Positions 7,977-16,954 of a stretch of 32,000 bases of DNA are shown here, piece after piece. The position numbers and the translations under genes were made by a program. The notes beneath the pieces were generated by a model. It did not search any database. It was not told where the DNA came from and saw nothing but the letters and a program-made list of their open reading frames with translations. This stretch comes from an uncultured archaeon (GTDB taxonomy: Archaea; Iainarchaeota; Iainarchaeia; Iainarchaeales; 0-14-0-20-30-16), in the NCBI GenBank assembly GCA_964480435.1, contig CAYZSS010000003.1, positions 18,527-50,526 of the forward strand. The letters run 5' to 3'. The stretch's first letter is position 1; the number at the start of each line of letters is the position of its first letter.

Positions 7977-8591
7977 ATGAATAAAAATTGGATTTATTTG
8001 ATAGTGATCTTAATTTTAGCCTGCGTTATTGGTATTTATTTTGTTTCTCAAAAGGGATACACTTACAAAAATGAATATCAAGAAAATGGAATAACTTTTG
8101 AATCAGATTATAATATCTCTGAACTTATCTCAGGCTATAAAGATAATAACTTGTGGGTTCTGTATATGGATGTTACTAATCTTAAGGCAAGAGGCAATGA
8201 GTATGCATGTAGTATTTTATATAACGAAGTACTAACTGCACATAAATATGGATTTCTTAATATAATGAAAATGACTGATGAGAGCAATAATACCTATTGT
8301 TGGGCATATGATGCAAAAACCAAAAAAACCCAAAATTATGGGGTTTCTGAATGTGAGGCCTTAAAGAATACTAATTTTGTAATAGATTTTGACTCAGAGA
8401 ATAGCACTAACGAAGTAATTCTTGATCAAAACAAAGTAAAAATATCAACCACGAAAGAAGACGGTTATGCTGTTTGTACTTTCTTTTTGAACCTTTATTT
8501 TGATACAGATGCCGTTGGCACAGCCATAAAAACAAAAATTGACTCTATAGACGGTACTAATCTTATAGACTATAATAAACTAAAAAATTAG
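7977..8591 (+). CDS. Hypothetical secreted or N-terminally anchored protein
   Basis: The track ORF starts at TTG 7947, but I prefer ATG 7977, giving MNKNWIYLIVILILACVIGIYFVSQKG (signal anchor). The rest is hydrophilic and Cys-containing. I recognise no family. Confidence 0.5.
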   Translation: MNKNWIYLIVILILACVIGIYFVSQKGYTYKNEYQENGITFESDYNISELISGYKDNNLWVLYMDVTNLKARGNEYACSILYNEVLTAHKYGFLNIMKMTDESNNTYCWAYDAKTKKTQNYGVSECEALKNTNFVIDFDSENSTNEVILDQNKVKISTTKEDGYAVCTFFLNLYFDTDAVGTAIKTKIDSIDGTNLIDYNKLKN

Positions 8592-8661
8592 ATCTATTTT
8601 TTTCAAAAGGGCAGATAGAAAGGAATAAAAGCTTAGATTAACTATATTATATGTGATAGTT

Positions 8662-9342
8662 ATGGCATTGGATAAAACGATGGTGAAGGATAATATACGG
8701 AGAATAGAAAAAACATTAACCAAAAGCCGAAAACAATTTAGCGAAACAGGGGCTCTTATTAGTGGGTTTCAAGAAATATATAACTATTTTGAAGATTTAA
8801 AAACAAAAACAGCTCTTAGTACAGATGATAAGAAGATAGTTGGGCTGATAATAAAAGCAACTTCTCTTTTGGACGGTTACTTTAAATTTTGCTCTGATCT
8901 TGCTGATTTACAAGCAAAAATAACTAACATAAATATTAAAGTCAAAGAAGTATCTCTTTTTTTAGAAACATTTAGAACAACAAGAAAATATAAAGTAAAA
9001 GATTCTCAAAAAATCTTTAGATTTTTATCTGGGTTCTTGTCTGGATTTTCAGAGAGTTATATTTTTAAACCAGAATTTATAGGCGATATGGATACTGGTG
9101 AGTTTATTAGTAAATTAGGGGTAACAAAAGAAGGTCCGTATTTAAAAGTACCATATACTCTTTTACCTAAAGTAATAGAATATGCTTATTTGAAAAAAAT
9201 GAAAAACTTTGTAATTGAGTCACATAACTTAAAAATGATTTTCCAAAAAGATTATGTAATAACAATTTACACTGAAAATGACATCATAAAAAAAATAGAT
9301 AGACTTGCAAAAGAAATGGAAATAGATTGTGACCAGAACTAA
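8662..9342 (+). CDS. Hypothetical cytoplasmic protein
   Basis: The track ORF starts at GTG 8653; the first ATG is at 8662 (MALDKTMVKD...). It is a long ORF in an AT-rich background with no recognisable motif. Confidence 0.5.
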   Translation: MALDKTMVKDNIRRIEKTLTKSRKQFSETGALISGFQEIYNYFEDLKTKTALSTDDKKIVGLIIKATSLLDGYFKFCSDLADLQAKITNINIKVKEVSLFLETFRTTRKYKVKDSQKIFRFLSGFLSGFSESYIFKPEFIGDMDTGEFISKLGVTKEGPYLKVPYTLLPKVIEYAYLKKMKNFVIESHNLKMIFQKDYVITIYTENDIIKKIDRLAKEMEIDCDQN

Positions 9343-9349
9343 TAAAAAA

Positions 9350-10960
9350 TTAAATGCTTTTAACGGTCTTAATGCCAAGAAGGTTAAGCCCGTTTTTTAT
9401 TATCTTATTCGATTCTTTTAATATTGCAATTCTATTTTCTAATTTATCTTCATCTCCGCCAATGATTTTTGTTTCTTCATAATATGAATTTATTAATGAA
9501 GATAAATCAAATAAGTATCTTGCTAAAAAGTGAGTAGTTAAATTTTTTACACACTCATCAACCTTATTATTATACTGGGCAAGAAGCCGTAATATATCTT
9601 TTTCCTTTTCTGTATATACTTCGGTAATTTTTTCACCTTTTGCCTTGGATTTAGTGATTATACTTTGTGTTCTCACATAATTATAAAGTAAATAAGGCCC
9701 TGTGTCCCCCCTGAGATCTAAACTTTTTTCTAAATCAAACACAAAATTTGCTTTTGCATCGTATTTTAAAATATAATATTTCATTGCTGCTAATGTAATT
9801 CCTTTTGCAATATCTTGGACTTCTAATTCTGTTAAATCCAGACGTTTTGATTTTGTTTGTTTGTATGCAACAGCTAAAAGAGCATTATAAAAATCAAAAA
9901 CAGTTACAATGTTCCCCTCTCTGCTACTTATTTTTCCATTATTTAGTGTTACTGTGCCATAGCCAACATGTGCGAACTTATTTTCAAAATTTAATCCAAA
10001 TCTTTTTAGAATTTCTTCAAGTTGTTTAAAGTATAAATTTTGAGAGTTATCTGTAACTATGATGCAATTATCTAAATCGTAATCAGTAAACTTCTTTTCA
10101 GTAAGTGCAATATCAGTAGTGGCATAAATTGTAGTGTTATCTGCTCTTAAAACTACTTTTTCTGGTAATGGGGCTAATTTTACAATATAATTTCCGCCTC
10201 TATCAATTTCTACAACGCCTTCATTATATTTCTCTAAAACCATTTTTCTTCCTGCTTCATAAATGCTACTTTCATAATATTCCGCATCGAATTTAATGTC
10301 TAGCAGTTTGTATACTTCGTGAAATCCTTTAATAGATACGTCTCTAATGTATTTCCAAATTTTTACTGTTTCTGGGTCATTATTTTCCCATTTGATTAAA
10401 ATTTCTTGAGCCAAGTCCTTGTATTTTGGATCTTGTTCTTCTAATTCTGAATATAGGCTATAACAATCATTAATGAATTTTGGAGTATCCTCTTTTTTAT
10501 TTTTATTATTTAGGTATCCTAAAATAGTTTTTGACATGTGTGTGCCTTTGTCATTGTACAATGTAGCTCTAATTACTGGTTGTCTTTGTTCAAGTATTCT
10601 TGCTAATGATTCTCCCAATATGGCCCCTCTAAGGTGCCCTACGTGCATTTCCTTATTTGGGTTTGGCTGAGAATATTCAATCATTGTTTTTATTTTGCCC
10701 TGTTTTGTTTTTTTGGAATTGTAAAAATAAGAAATAGGTTCATAAAAAATGTTCAAAAATAATCCTTTTTGTTCTACTTTTTCAATACCTTCAACTCTTT
10801 CTAATTCTTTTCTTAGTTTTTCAAGTTTTTTATTGTCGGCATCTGTTATTATGTCTTTAGCTATAATTGTTAAATCCCCGAATGACTTCTGTTTCGGTCT
10901 TATTATGCTGTATTCAGAGAAATATTTTGAGACAATCTTTTTTATATCCATAAAAATCAT
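9350..10960 (-). CDS. argS: Arginine--tRNA ligase
   Basis: 536 aa. The class I HIGH region reads YSQPNPNKEMHVGHLRGAILGESLARIL, and the C-terminal anticodon-binding DALR-type region is present. Its ATG overlaps the aIF-1A stop in an ATGA 4-nt overlap, suggesting translational coupling. Confidence 0.92.
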   Translation of the reverse strand: MIFMDIKKIVSKYFSEYSIIRPKQKSFGDLTIIAKDIITDADNKKLEKLRKELERVEGIEKVEQKGLFLNIFYEPISYFYNSKKTKQGKIKTMIEYSQPNPNKEMHVGHLRGAILGESLARILEQRQPVIRATLYNDKGTHMSKTILGYLNNKNKKEDTPKFINDCYSLYSELEEQDPKYKDLAQEILIKWENNDPETVKIWKYIRDVSIKGFHEVYKLLDIKFDAEYYESSIYEAGRKMVLEKYNEGVVEIDRGGNYIVKLAPLPEKVVLRADNTTIYATTDIALTEKKFTDYDLDNCIIVTDNSQNLYFKQLEEILKRFGLNFENKFAHVGYGTVTLNNGKISSREGNIVTVFDFYNALLAVAYKQTKSKRLDLTELEVQDIAKGITLAAMKYYILKYDAKANFVFDLEKSLDLRGDTGPYLLYNYVRTQSIITKSKAKGEKITEVYTEKEKDILRLLAQYNNKVDECVKNLTTHFLARYLFDLSSLINSYYEETKIIGGDEDKLENRIAILKESNKIIKNGLNLLGIKTVKSI

Positions 10961-11268
10961 TCTGGGATGTCTATTTTATCTAATACCCCATTAGCTCGTA
11001 ATCTTTTTACTTGATGTGGGTAGTATTTCCATATTATGTCTGCTTTTTTTGGGTCAAAATCCCAAATCTTAACAATTACTACGTCATTTTCTCTTAACCA
11101 TATTTTTTTTCTTAATCTTCCAGGTATTCTGCAAGATCTTTCAATATTATCATCACACATGCCTTTTAAAAATTCAGCACCGGTTTGTAATGTAATTATT
11201 GCTAAATGTTCATTGTTTTTCTCATTTGGCATCTTTAAACTATACTCTGTTCGTGTTACTTCTGGCAA
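10957..11268 (-). CDS. eif1a: Translation initiation factor aIF-1A
   Basis: 103 aa. The S1/OB-fold pattern is CRIPGRLRKKIWLRENDVVIVKIWDFDPKKADIIWKY. Confidence 0.9.
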   Translation of the reverse strand: MPEVTRTEYSLKMPNEKNNEHLAIITLQTGAEFLKGMCDDNIERSCRIPGRLRKKIWLRENDVVIVKIWDFDPKKADIIWKYYPHQVKRLRANGVLDKIDIPE

Positions 11269-11278
11269 AAAAATCCCC

Positions 11279-11695
11279 CTATATTCTCTTTACCGGAGTC
11301 ATTGCTCCGCAGGCTTCACATCTGATTACTTGTGCGCCTTTTTCAGTCACAATTTTTGTGTCTGGTTTTTTGCACTGTTTACATAATACATAGGTCTCAA
11401 TGTAGTTATTGTAAACAAATTTTATTTTTTGATTAAGTATTGGTCTATTAAGAATTAATTTACTTCCGTCAATATTGCTTACTGCTCCGGTTTCTTTAGC
11501 AAAATATTTTGCCATGTGTCCCATATCCCTGTTAAGAGTTTTTGCAGCAGCCTGTAAATTTTTTATAATTGTTTTCTTACCTTGTATAAGGGCATCTAGC
11601 TCAATTATCTCAAAACGCCCCTCAACTTCGGTTTTTGAGGCTATTTTTTCATAGGCTTTGTCTAATAGTATGTTATAATCGTCCATAAATATCAC
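11279..11695 (-). CDS. eif2b: Translation initiation factor aIF-2 beta subunit
   Basis: 138 aa. It contains RFEIIELDALIQGKKTIIKNL ... MAKYFAKETG and a C-terminal zinc ribbon, CKQCKKPDTKIV...IRCEACG. The track start is GTG 11695; an alternative ATG lies at 11686. Confidence 0.9.
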   Translation of the reverse strand: MIFMDDYNILLDKAYEKIASKTEVEGRFEIIELDALIQGKKTIIKNLQAAAKTLNRDMGHMAKYFAKETGAVSNIDGSKLILNRPILNQKIKFVYNNYIETYVLCKQCKKPDTKIVTEKGAQVIRCEACGAMTPVKRI

Positions 11696-11774
11696 AGTTA
11701 TCTCAATAAAAGTAAATTATATATATCTAATTGCTAGCACCAATTTATAAAACTTTTACCATAATACTTTTATC

Positions 11775-13313
11775 ATGGACTTAAAAGGAAGAGAAAAACA
11801 GATTATTGAACAAAGATTGAAAAAAATTGCAGACCTGGAAGAAGAGGGTATCGAAACATTCCCTAGTAAGGCTATAATTTTGGATAATAAAATCTGGAGC
11901 GAGGATGTTATTTCTGCGTTTTCAGAACTAAAAGATGAAGAAAAAAGTGGAAAAACAGTAACTCTTGCTGGAAGAATGATGACAAAACGAGAGTTTGGGA
12001 AGTTAAATTTTGTAAGGTTACAGGACCTAAAAGGGTTTATACAACTTATTTTTCAAAAGGAAGACACTCCTGAGAAAGTAATGGCTCTATTTAAAAAATT
12101 GGATGCAGGAGATATTATCGGGGTAAAAGGAGAAGTAGTAAAAACAAAAACAGGGGAAATCTCTGTGCTTGTTAAAGAAATTCAATTGTTAACAAAATCA
12201 ATTCTTCCTTTACCTGATAAATATCACGGTATGCAGGACGAAGAAGACAAACTTAGAAAAAGATACTTGGATATTATGACAAACCCCGAAATAAAGGCTT
12301 TATTTATAAAAAAGCAAATTTTTTGGAGCACTGTGAGAAATTTCTTAGTTAAAGAAGGTTTTTTAGAAGTTGAAACCCCTGTTTTGGAAAATTCAGCAGG
12401 AGGAGCATCAGCGGAACCTTTTAAAACACACCAAAAAGCCCTTGATATTGATATATATTTGAGAATATCTATGGGGGAATTGTGGCAAAAAAGATTGTTA
12501 GTTGCAGGATATGAGAAAACATTCGAAATAGGTAGACAATTCAGAAATGAAGGAATGGATTTGGAACACCTGCAAGATTACACCCAGATGGAATTTTACT
12601 GGGGATATGCAAATTATGAAGATGGAATGAAATTAGTTGAAAAATTGTATAAAGAAATAACCCTAAATGTCTTGGGTACTCTTGTGTTTGAATCAAAAGG
12701 CTATAAGATAGATATGAGTAAAAAATGGGACCTTTATGATTTTGAAACAATTATAAAAGAAAAAACAGGAATAGATATTTACAATAATACAAAAGAAGAA
12801 ATAGCTGATAAACTTATTGAATTGGGAAAAGAACAAGATCCAAATTTAGATAAGTGGAGACTTATTGATAATTTGTGGAAATTCTGCAGAAAACAGTTAT
12901 CTGGACCTGGCTTTTTAGTGGGTCAGCCTGTTGAATTGTCACCTTTAGCAAAAAGAAAGAAAACAGACCCTAGAAAGGTAGAACAGTTCCAAGTTATTTT
13001 TGGTGGAAGTGAAAACGGAAATGGGTATTCTGAATTGAATGACCCTATAGATCAAGAAAAAAGATTTGAGAAACAAATGGAACTAAAAGAAGAGGGGGAT
13101 GTAGAAGCGCAAGATCACGATAAGGATTTTGTAGAGGCTTTGAAATATGGAATGCCTCCTGCCTGTGGTTTTGGACTTTCTGAAAGATTATTTTCATTTT
13201 TGATGAATAGACCAATAAGGGAATGTGTTATCTTTCCACTTATGAAACCAGAAAATTTTAATACGGAGAAAAAAGAAAATTTAACAGTTAATACAGAAAA
13301 TAAAAATAGGTGA
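11775..13313 (+). CDS. lysS: Lysine--tRNA ligase, class II
   Basis: 512 aa. An N-terminal OB anticodon-binding domain (VTLAGRMMTKREFGKLNFVRLQD) is followed by class II motifs EIGRQFRNEGMD and GFGLSERLFSFL. Confidence 0.92.
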   Translation: MDLKGREKQIIEQRLKKIADLEEEGIETFPSKAIILDNKIWSEDVISAFSELKDEEKSGKTVTLAGRMMTKREFGKLNFVRLQDLKGFIQLIFQKEDTPEKVMALFKKLDAGDIIGVKGEVVKTKTGEISVLVKEIQLLTKSILPLPDKYHGMQDEEDKLRKRYLDIMTNPEIKALFIKKQIFWSTVRNFLVKEGFLEVETPVLENSAGGASAEPFKTHQKALDIDIYLRISMGELWQKRLLVAGYEKTFEIGRQFRNEGMDLEHLQDYTQMEFYWGYANYEDGMKLVEKLYKEITLNVLGTLVFESKGYKIDMSKKWDLYDFETIIKEKTGIDIYNNTKEEIADKLIELGKEQDPNLDKWRLIDNLWKFCRKQLSGPGFLVGQPVELSPLAKRKKTDPRKVEQFQVIFGGSENGNGYSELNDPIDQEKRFEKQMELKEEGDVEAQDHDKDFVEALKYGMPPACGFGLSERLFSFLMNRPIRECVIFPLMKPENFNTEKKENLTVNTENKNR

Positions 13314-13317
13314 AATT

Positions 13318-14025
13318 ATGGCTGAAAATAAAGAAGTAAAAGATGTTGAGAAAAAAACAGAAGAACATAAATTAGATAAAAAAGAGAAACCAGAAAAAAG
13401 AAATATTTATGTTGTGGATTATTATATAAAAGATTTAAATTTGGACAAAATGGTTGAGTCCAATATTAAAGAAAAACAGCCAATGATTCTGCTGGAAGGT
13501 GATAAAGTTATCCTGGAAGGCATAGGTTCCGCGTTTAAAAAAGTAGAAGAAAAGTTAAAAACTGCAAAAATTGGTGACGAAATAAAACTTGTTTTAGAAC
13601 CAAAAGATGCATACGGTATAAGAACAAAAGAATTAATTAGAATAATTGCGAGTAATGATTTTAAAGAAAACAAAATTAATCCTTTTGTTGGTTTACAAAT
13701 AAATGCTGATGGAAGAATAGGAACAGTAAGAACTGTTTCGGGCGGAAGAGTAATGGTTGATTTTAACTCTCCATTCGCAGACCATAAAATCGAAGTTCAA
13801 TACAAACTAAAAAAAATCCCGCAAGGTCAGGAAAAACTATCCTACTTTGTAAATACTTTGGTTCAAAAAGACAAAGCAAAAAACATTTCAATTGAAAAAA
13901 AAGATAAAGACTATAAAGTAAAAGTAGAATTTATTGATCCAAAATCACAAGAAAACCAGATTTATCTTGGGTTGTTAAAAGCTACTGTAAAATACTATTT
14001 TGAAGAGCCAATCTCTTTTGAATAG
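13318..14025 (+). CDS. FKBP-type peptidyl-prolyl cis-trans isomerase (SlyD/archaeal long FKBP-like)
   Basis: 235 aa. It contains ...KDAYGIRTKELI... and the insert-in-flap region, followed by VSGGRVMVDFNSPFADHKIEVQYKL, the classic FKBP C-terminal strand. The start lies 4 nt after the lysS stop. Confidence 0.8.
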   Translation: MAENKEVKDVEKKTEEHKLDKKEKPEKRNIYVVDYYIKDLNLDKMVESNIKEKQPMILLEGDKVILEGIGSAFKKVEEKLKTAKIGDEIKLVLEPKDAYGIRTKELIRIIASNDFKENKINPFVGLQINADGRIGTVRTVSGGRVMVDFNSPFADHKIEVQYKLKKIPQGQEKLSYFVNTLVQKDKAKNISIEKKDKDYKVKVEFIDPKSQENQIYLGLLKATVKYYFEEPISFE

Positions 14026-14046
14026 TGTTTTTATTCTTTCTTATAT

Positions 14047-14727
14047 ATGTCTGAAAAGGATGGTCCAAAATATATAATTAATTTTGAGGATTTATCGCCA
14101 GGGCTAAGAAACCTTTTGCTAAATAATAATAGAGTAATTGTGGCCAGCATAAGAAGGATGCAAAACTTATCAAATGCTGTGACTCCTCTTGCATTAACTG
14201 GTTTGTTGACATCAGCAGCAGACCCACGAGTATTAGATTATCTAGGTCCTAGATTTGTTATTTGGGGAACATTTTTTGGATTGTTAGGATATAAGATGAA
14301 AGTAGACCTTAATGAAGTCTATAATAAAATAGGCTTAGAAATAAGACGTAACAATATTTTTGAATCTAAACAAAATCCTGGTAGAAATTCTGCTTTTACT
14401 AGCATAGTATCAATAGTTAGCGAATATCCTGTATTTTTTGTTGACAAACAAAACAATTTAGTTTTTGTTAAAGATAGTAATGAAGAATATTTTAGATTTT
14501 TGTACCAAAAAGGGTTTTTAGGTGATTTAGGATTAATGCCTTGGGAACATCGCGGGTACTTGCGTGAACCAATTGCAACGCCCGAATATAAAGCGAAAGC
14601 CAAACATTGGGTTGGGTATTTAACTAAAGATTTAAAAGAAAGAATGAAAGAAAGAAAAAACCGGTTTTTAACAAAAACTAGAGAAAAAGTAAGAAGACGA
14701 TTTGCGGATCGCGAAAAACCAAAATAA
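14047..14727 (+). CDS. Hypothetical protein with a basic C-terminal tail
   Basis: 226 aa ORF co-oriented in the lysS-to-peptidase gene string. It has one hydrophobic stretch (FVIWGTFFGLLGY) and a Lys/Arg-rich tail. I recognise no family. Confidence 0.5.
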   Translation: MSEKDGPKYIINFEDLSPGLRNLLLNNNRVIVASIRRMQNLSNAVTPLALTGLLTSAADPRVLDYLGPRFVIWGTFFGLLGYKMKVDLNEVYNKIGLEIRRNNIFESKQNPGRNSAFTSIVSIVSEYPVFFVDKQNNLVFVKDSNEEYFRFLYQKGFLGDLGLMPWEHRGYLREPIATPEYKAKAKHWVGYLTKDLKERMKERKNRFLTKTREKVRRRFADREKPK

Positions 14728-14776
14728 CTTGTCCAATTTATAACTTTTTCCTACTTTTATATTCTTAGGTGGCACA

Positions 14777-16126
14777 ATGTTAGGGGAAAAGCTAAGGCAG
14801 ATATTTGATAAGTTCTCCAGCAAGCAGTTTTTAACTAAAGAAAATATCACAGAATTTAGTAAAGATCTGCAGAGAACATTAATTTCTTCTGATGTTGATG
14901 TGGATGTTGTTTTTGAATTATCCAAACAAATAGAAAAACTTGCGCATGAAGAAATTCCTGAAAGCATAAGCCCTAAGGAATACTTTGTAAAAAGAGTTTA
15001 CGATATGATTGCTACTCTTTTTGGAAAAGCAGAAGCTTTGCCTGAAAACCCAAGAAAAATATTTTTGTGTGGATTGTATGGTAGTGGAAAAACAACAAGT
15101 GCAGTAAAAATCGCTAATTATTATAAAAAGAAATATAACAAAAAAGTAGGAATAATTTGTGCAGATATCCATAGGCCTGGGGCCTATGAACAAATCGTTC
15201 AAAGTATAGAACGGAATAAACTTGATACTCTTGCATTTTATGATAAATCTAAGGATGTTGAAAAAATAATAAAAACTGGTTTGAAAGAATTAGAAAAATG
15301 CGATTTAATAATTCTTGATACTGCTGGGCGTAGCTCTTTAGATGATGAATTAAAAAAAGAATTAGAATTAATGAAAAAATTATTTAACCCTGAATATTCT
15401 TTTTTAGTTTTGTCAGCAGATATTGGACAGGTGGCAAAAAAAGAAGTTGACGGTTTTTCTTCAGTCTTAAATATTAATGGTATTGTAATAACAAAAATGG
15501 ATGGTTCTGGAAAAGGGGGATCAGCATTAATTGCTTGTAAAACAACTAATGCACCGGTATATTTTATTGGGACCGGGGAAAAAATAGACGATTTTACTAG
15601 TTTTGATCCAGTAAGGTATTTATCAAAAATAATGGGCTATGGTGACTTGCAAGAGTTAATGGAAAGATTTTCAGATTTGGATTCTGGAGATCTGAACATA
15701 AAGAATTTTAATTTAGATGATTTTAAAAAACAAATGAAAACCCTAAAAAAAGCGGGCTCTTTTACAAAACTTGCGGGTTTATTAGGTGTTGGAAAGATAG
15801 ATAAAAATGTAATGGATTTAGCAGATGACAAATTCAAAAAATATGATTTTATTTTAGATAGCATGACAAAATATGAAAGAAAAAATCCTGACTGCATAAA
15901 AAGCTCCAGAGTTAACCGAATAGCAAAAGGTTCAGGAGTTATGGAAAAAGATATAAGGGATCTATTAAAACAATTTTATATGATGAAAGATATGTTTGAA
16001 AATGCAAATAAGTTACAAGGCATTGATGAAAATAATTTAGATCCTCAAAGCATAATGGGAAAATTAGGATTTGATAAAAAATTAAAAAAAATGCAGAAAA
16101 AGAAAATGAAATTTAAATTAAGGTAA
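14777..16126 (+). CDS. srp54: Signal recognition particle protein SRP54
   Basis: 449 aa. The NG domain shows GLYGSGKTTSAVKIA, ILDTAGRSS and ITKMDGSGKGGSALI. The M domain is Met/Lys-rich. Confidence 0.92.
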   Translation: MLGEKLRQIFDKFSSKQFLTKENITEFSKDLQRTLISSDVDVDVVFELSKQIEKLAHEEIPESISPKEYFVKRVYDMIATLFGKAEALPENPRKIFLCGLYGSGKTTSAVKIANYYKKKYNKKVGIICADIHRPGAYEQIVQSIERNKLDTLAFYDKSKDVEKIIKTGLKELEKCDLIILDTAGRSSLDDELKKELELMKKLFNPEYSFLVLSADIGQVAKKEVDGFSSVLNINGIVITKMDGSGKGGSALIACKTTNAPVYFIGTGEKIDDFTSFDPVRYLSKIMGYGDLQELMERFSDLDSGDLNIKNFNLDDFKKQMKTLKKAGSFTKLAGLLGVGKIDKNVMDLADDKFKKYDFILDSMTKYERKNPDCIKSSRVNRIAKGSGVMEKDIRDLLKQFYMMKDMFENANKLQGIDENNLDPQSIMGKLGFDKKLKKMQKKKMKFKLR

Positions 16127-16186
16127 TTGTCCAAATAGAGGCAAATTACCCTGTGAAAATTATGAAAATAATATGGTGACAAAAAA

Positions 16187-16954
16187 ATGGATTTGGTGCT
16201 ACTAATTTCAATAGGTTTTACAATTTTTTTCTCTGCCTTGGCGGCTTATTTTGATTATAAAACTACTTATATTTTTGATTGGATAACATATCCAATGATA
16301 CTTGTTGGATTAATTCTTTTACCATTTAAATCAACTTGGTATATTGGGCTAATTTCTGCAGCAATTGTGTTTGTATTTTTTATTCCATTTTACAAATATG
16401 GTAAAATTGGTGGGGGGGACATAAAATATTTTTTGGGTCTTTGTTTGCTGATGCCGTATTATGGAAATATGTATTTCATATTGCCTGTTTTCTTTTTTGC
16501 TTCTGCCCTGGCGGGATTATTTTTTGGGATAAAATTTATTGTTTTGTTTTTATCAAAAAGGTATTATAATAACATAGGAAAAATGGAATTCATTTTGAAG
16601 CTTTTTCTTGCTCTTGCATTTTCAGTATTTGCAGGTATATTTTTGTCTTTTGGTTATAAGTTGTACATTGCAGTCTCCATTTCAATTTTGTTTTTTATTT
16701 GTATGTTTGTTTTACTTTTCCAAAATTATTTCTATATGCAATTTTCTTACAAAATTAAATTGGAAAATATTTTGGAAGATGATATTGTTGAACTTTCTTG
16801 TCTAAATAAAAAAGGTACTAAATTAGTTGATAAAAAATTGATTGCAGAACTAAAAAGTAAAAAAGTAAAAGAATTAATTGTTTATAGAAATCTACCTGTA
16901 TTCGCCCCATTTCTTTTTTTAGGCGTTATAATTTCTTTATTTGTTTTTTTATGA
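16187..16954 (+). CDS. Archaeal prepilin/preflagellin peptidase (A24 family, FlaK/PibD/EppA-like, GxGD aspartyl protease)
   Basis: 255 aa polytopic membrane protein. The first catalytic Asp context is AAYFDYKTTYIFD and the second is KIGGGDIKYFLG. A ~50-aa hydrophilic segment precedes the last TM. Confidence 0.8.
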   Translation: MDLVLLISIGFTIFFSALAAYFDYKTTYIFDWITYPMILVGLILLPFKSTWYIGLISAAIVFVFFIPFYKYGKIGGGDIKYFLGLCLLMPYYGNMYFILPVFFFASALAGLFFGIKFIVLFLSKRYYNNIGKMEFILKLFLALAFSVFAGIFLSFGYKLYIAVSISILFFICMFVLLFQNYFYMQFSYKIKLENILEDDIVELSCLNKKGTKLVDKKLIAELKSKKVKELIVYRNLPVFAPFLFLGVIISLFVFL

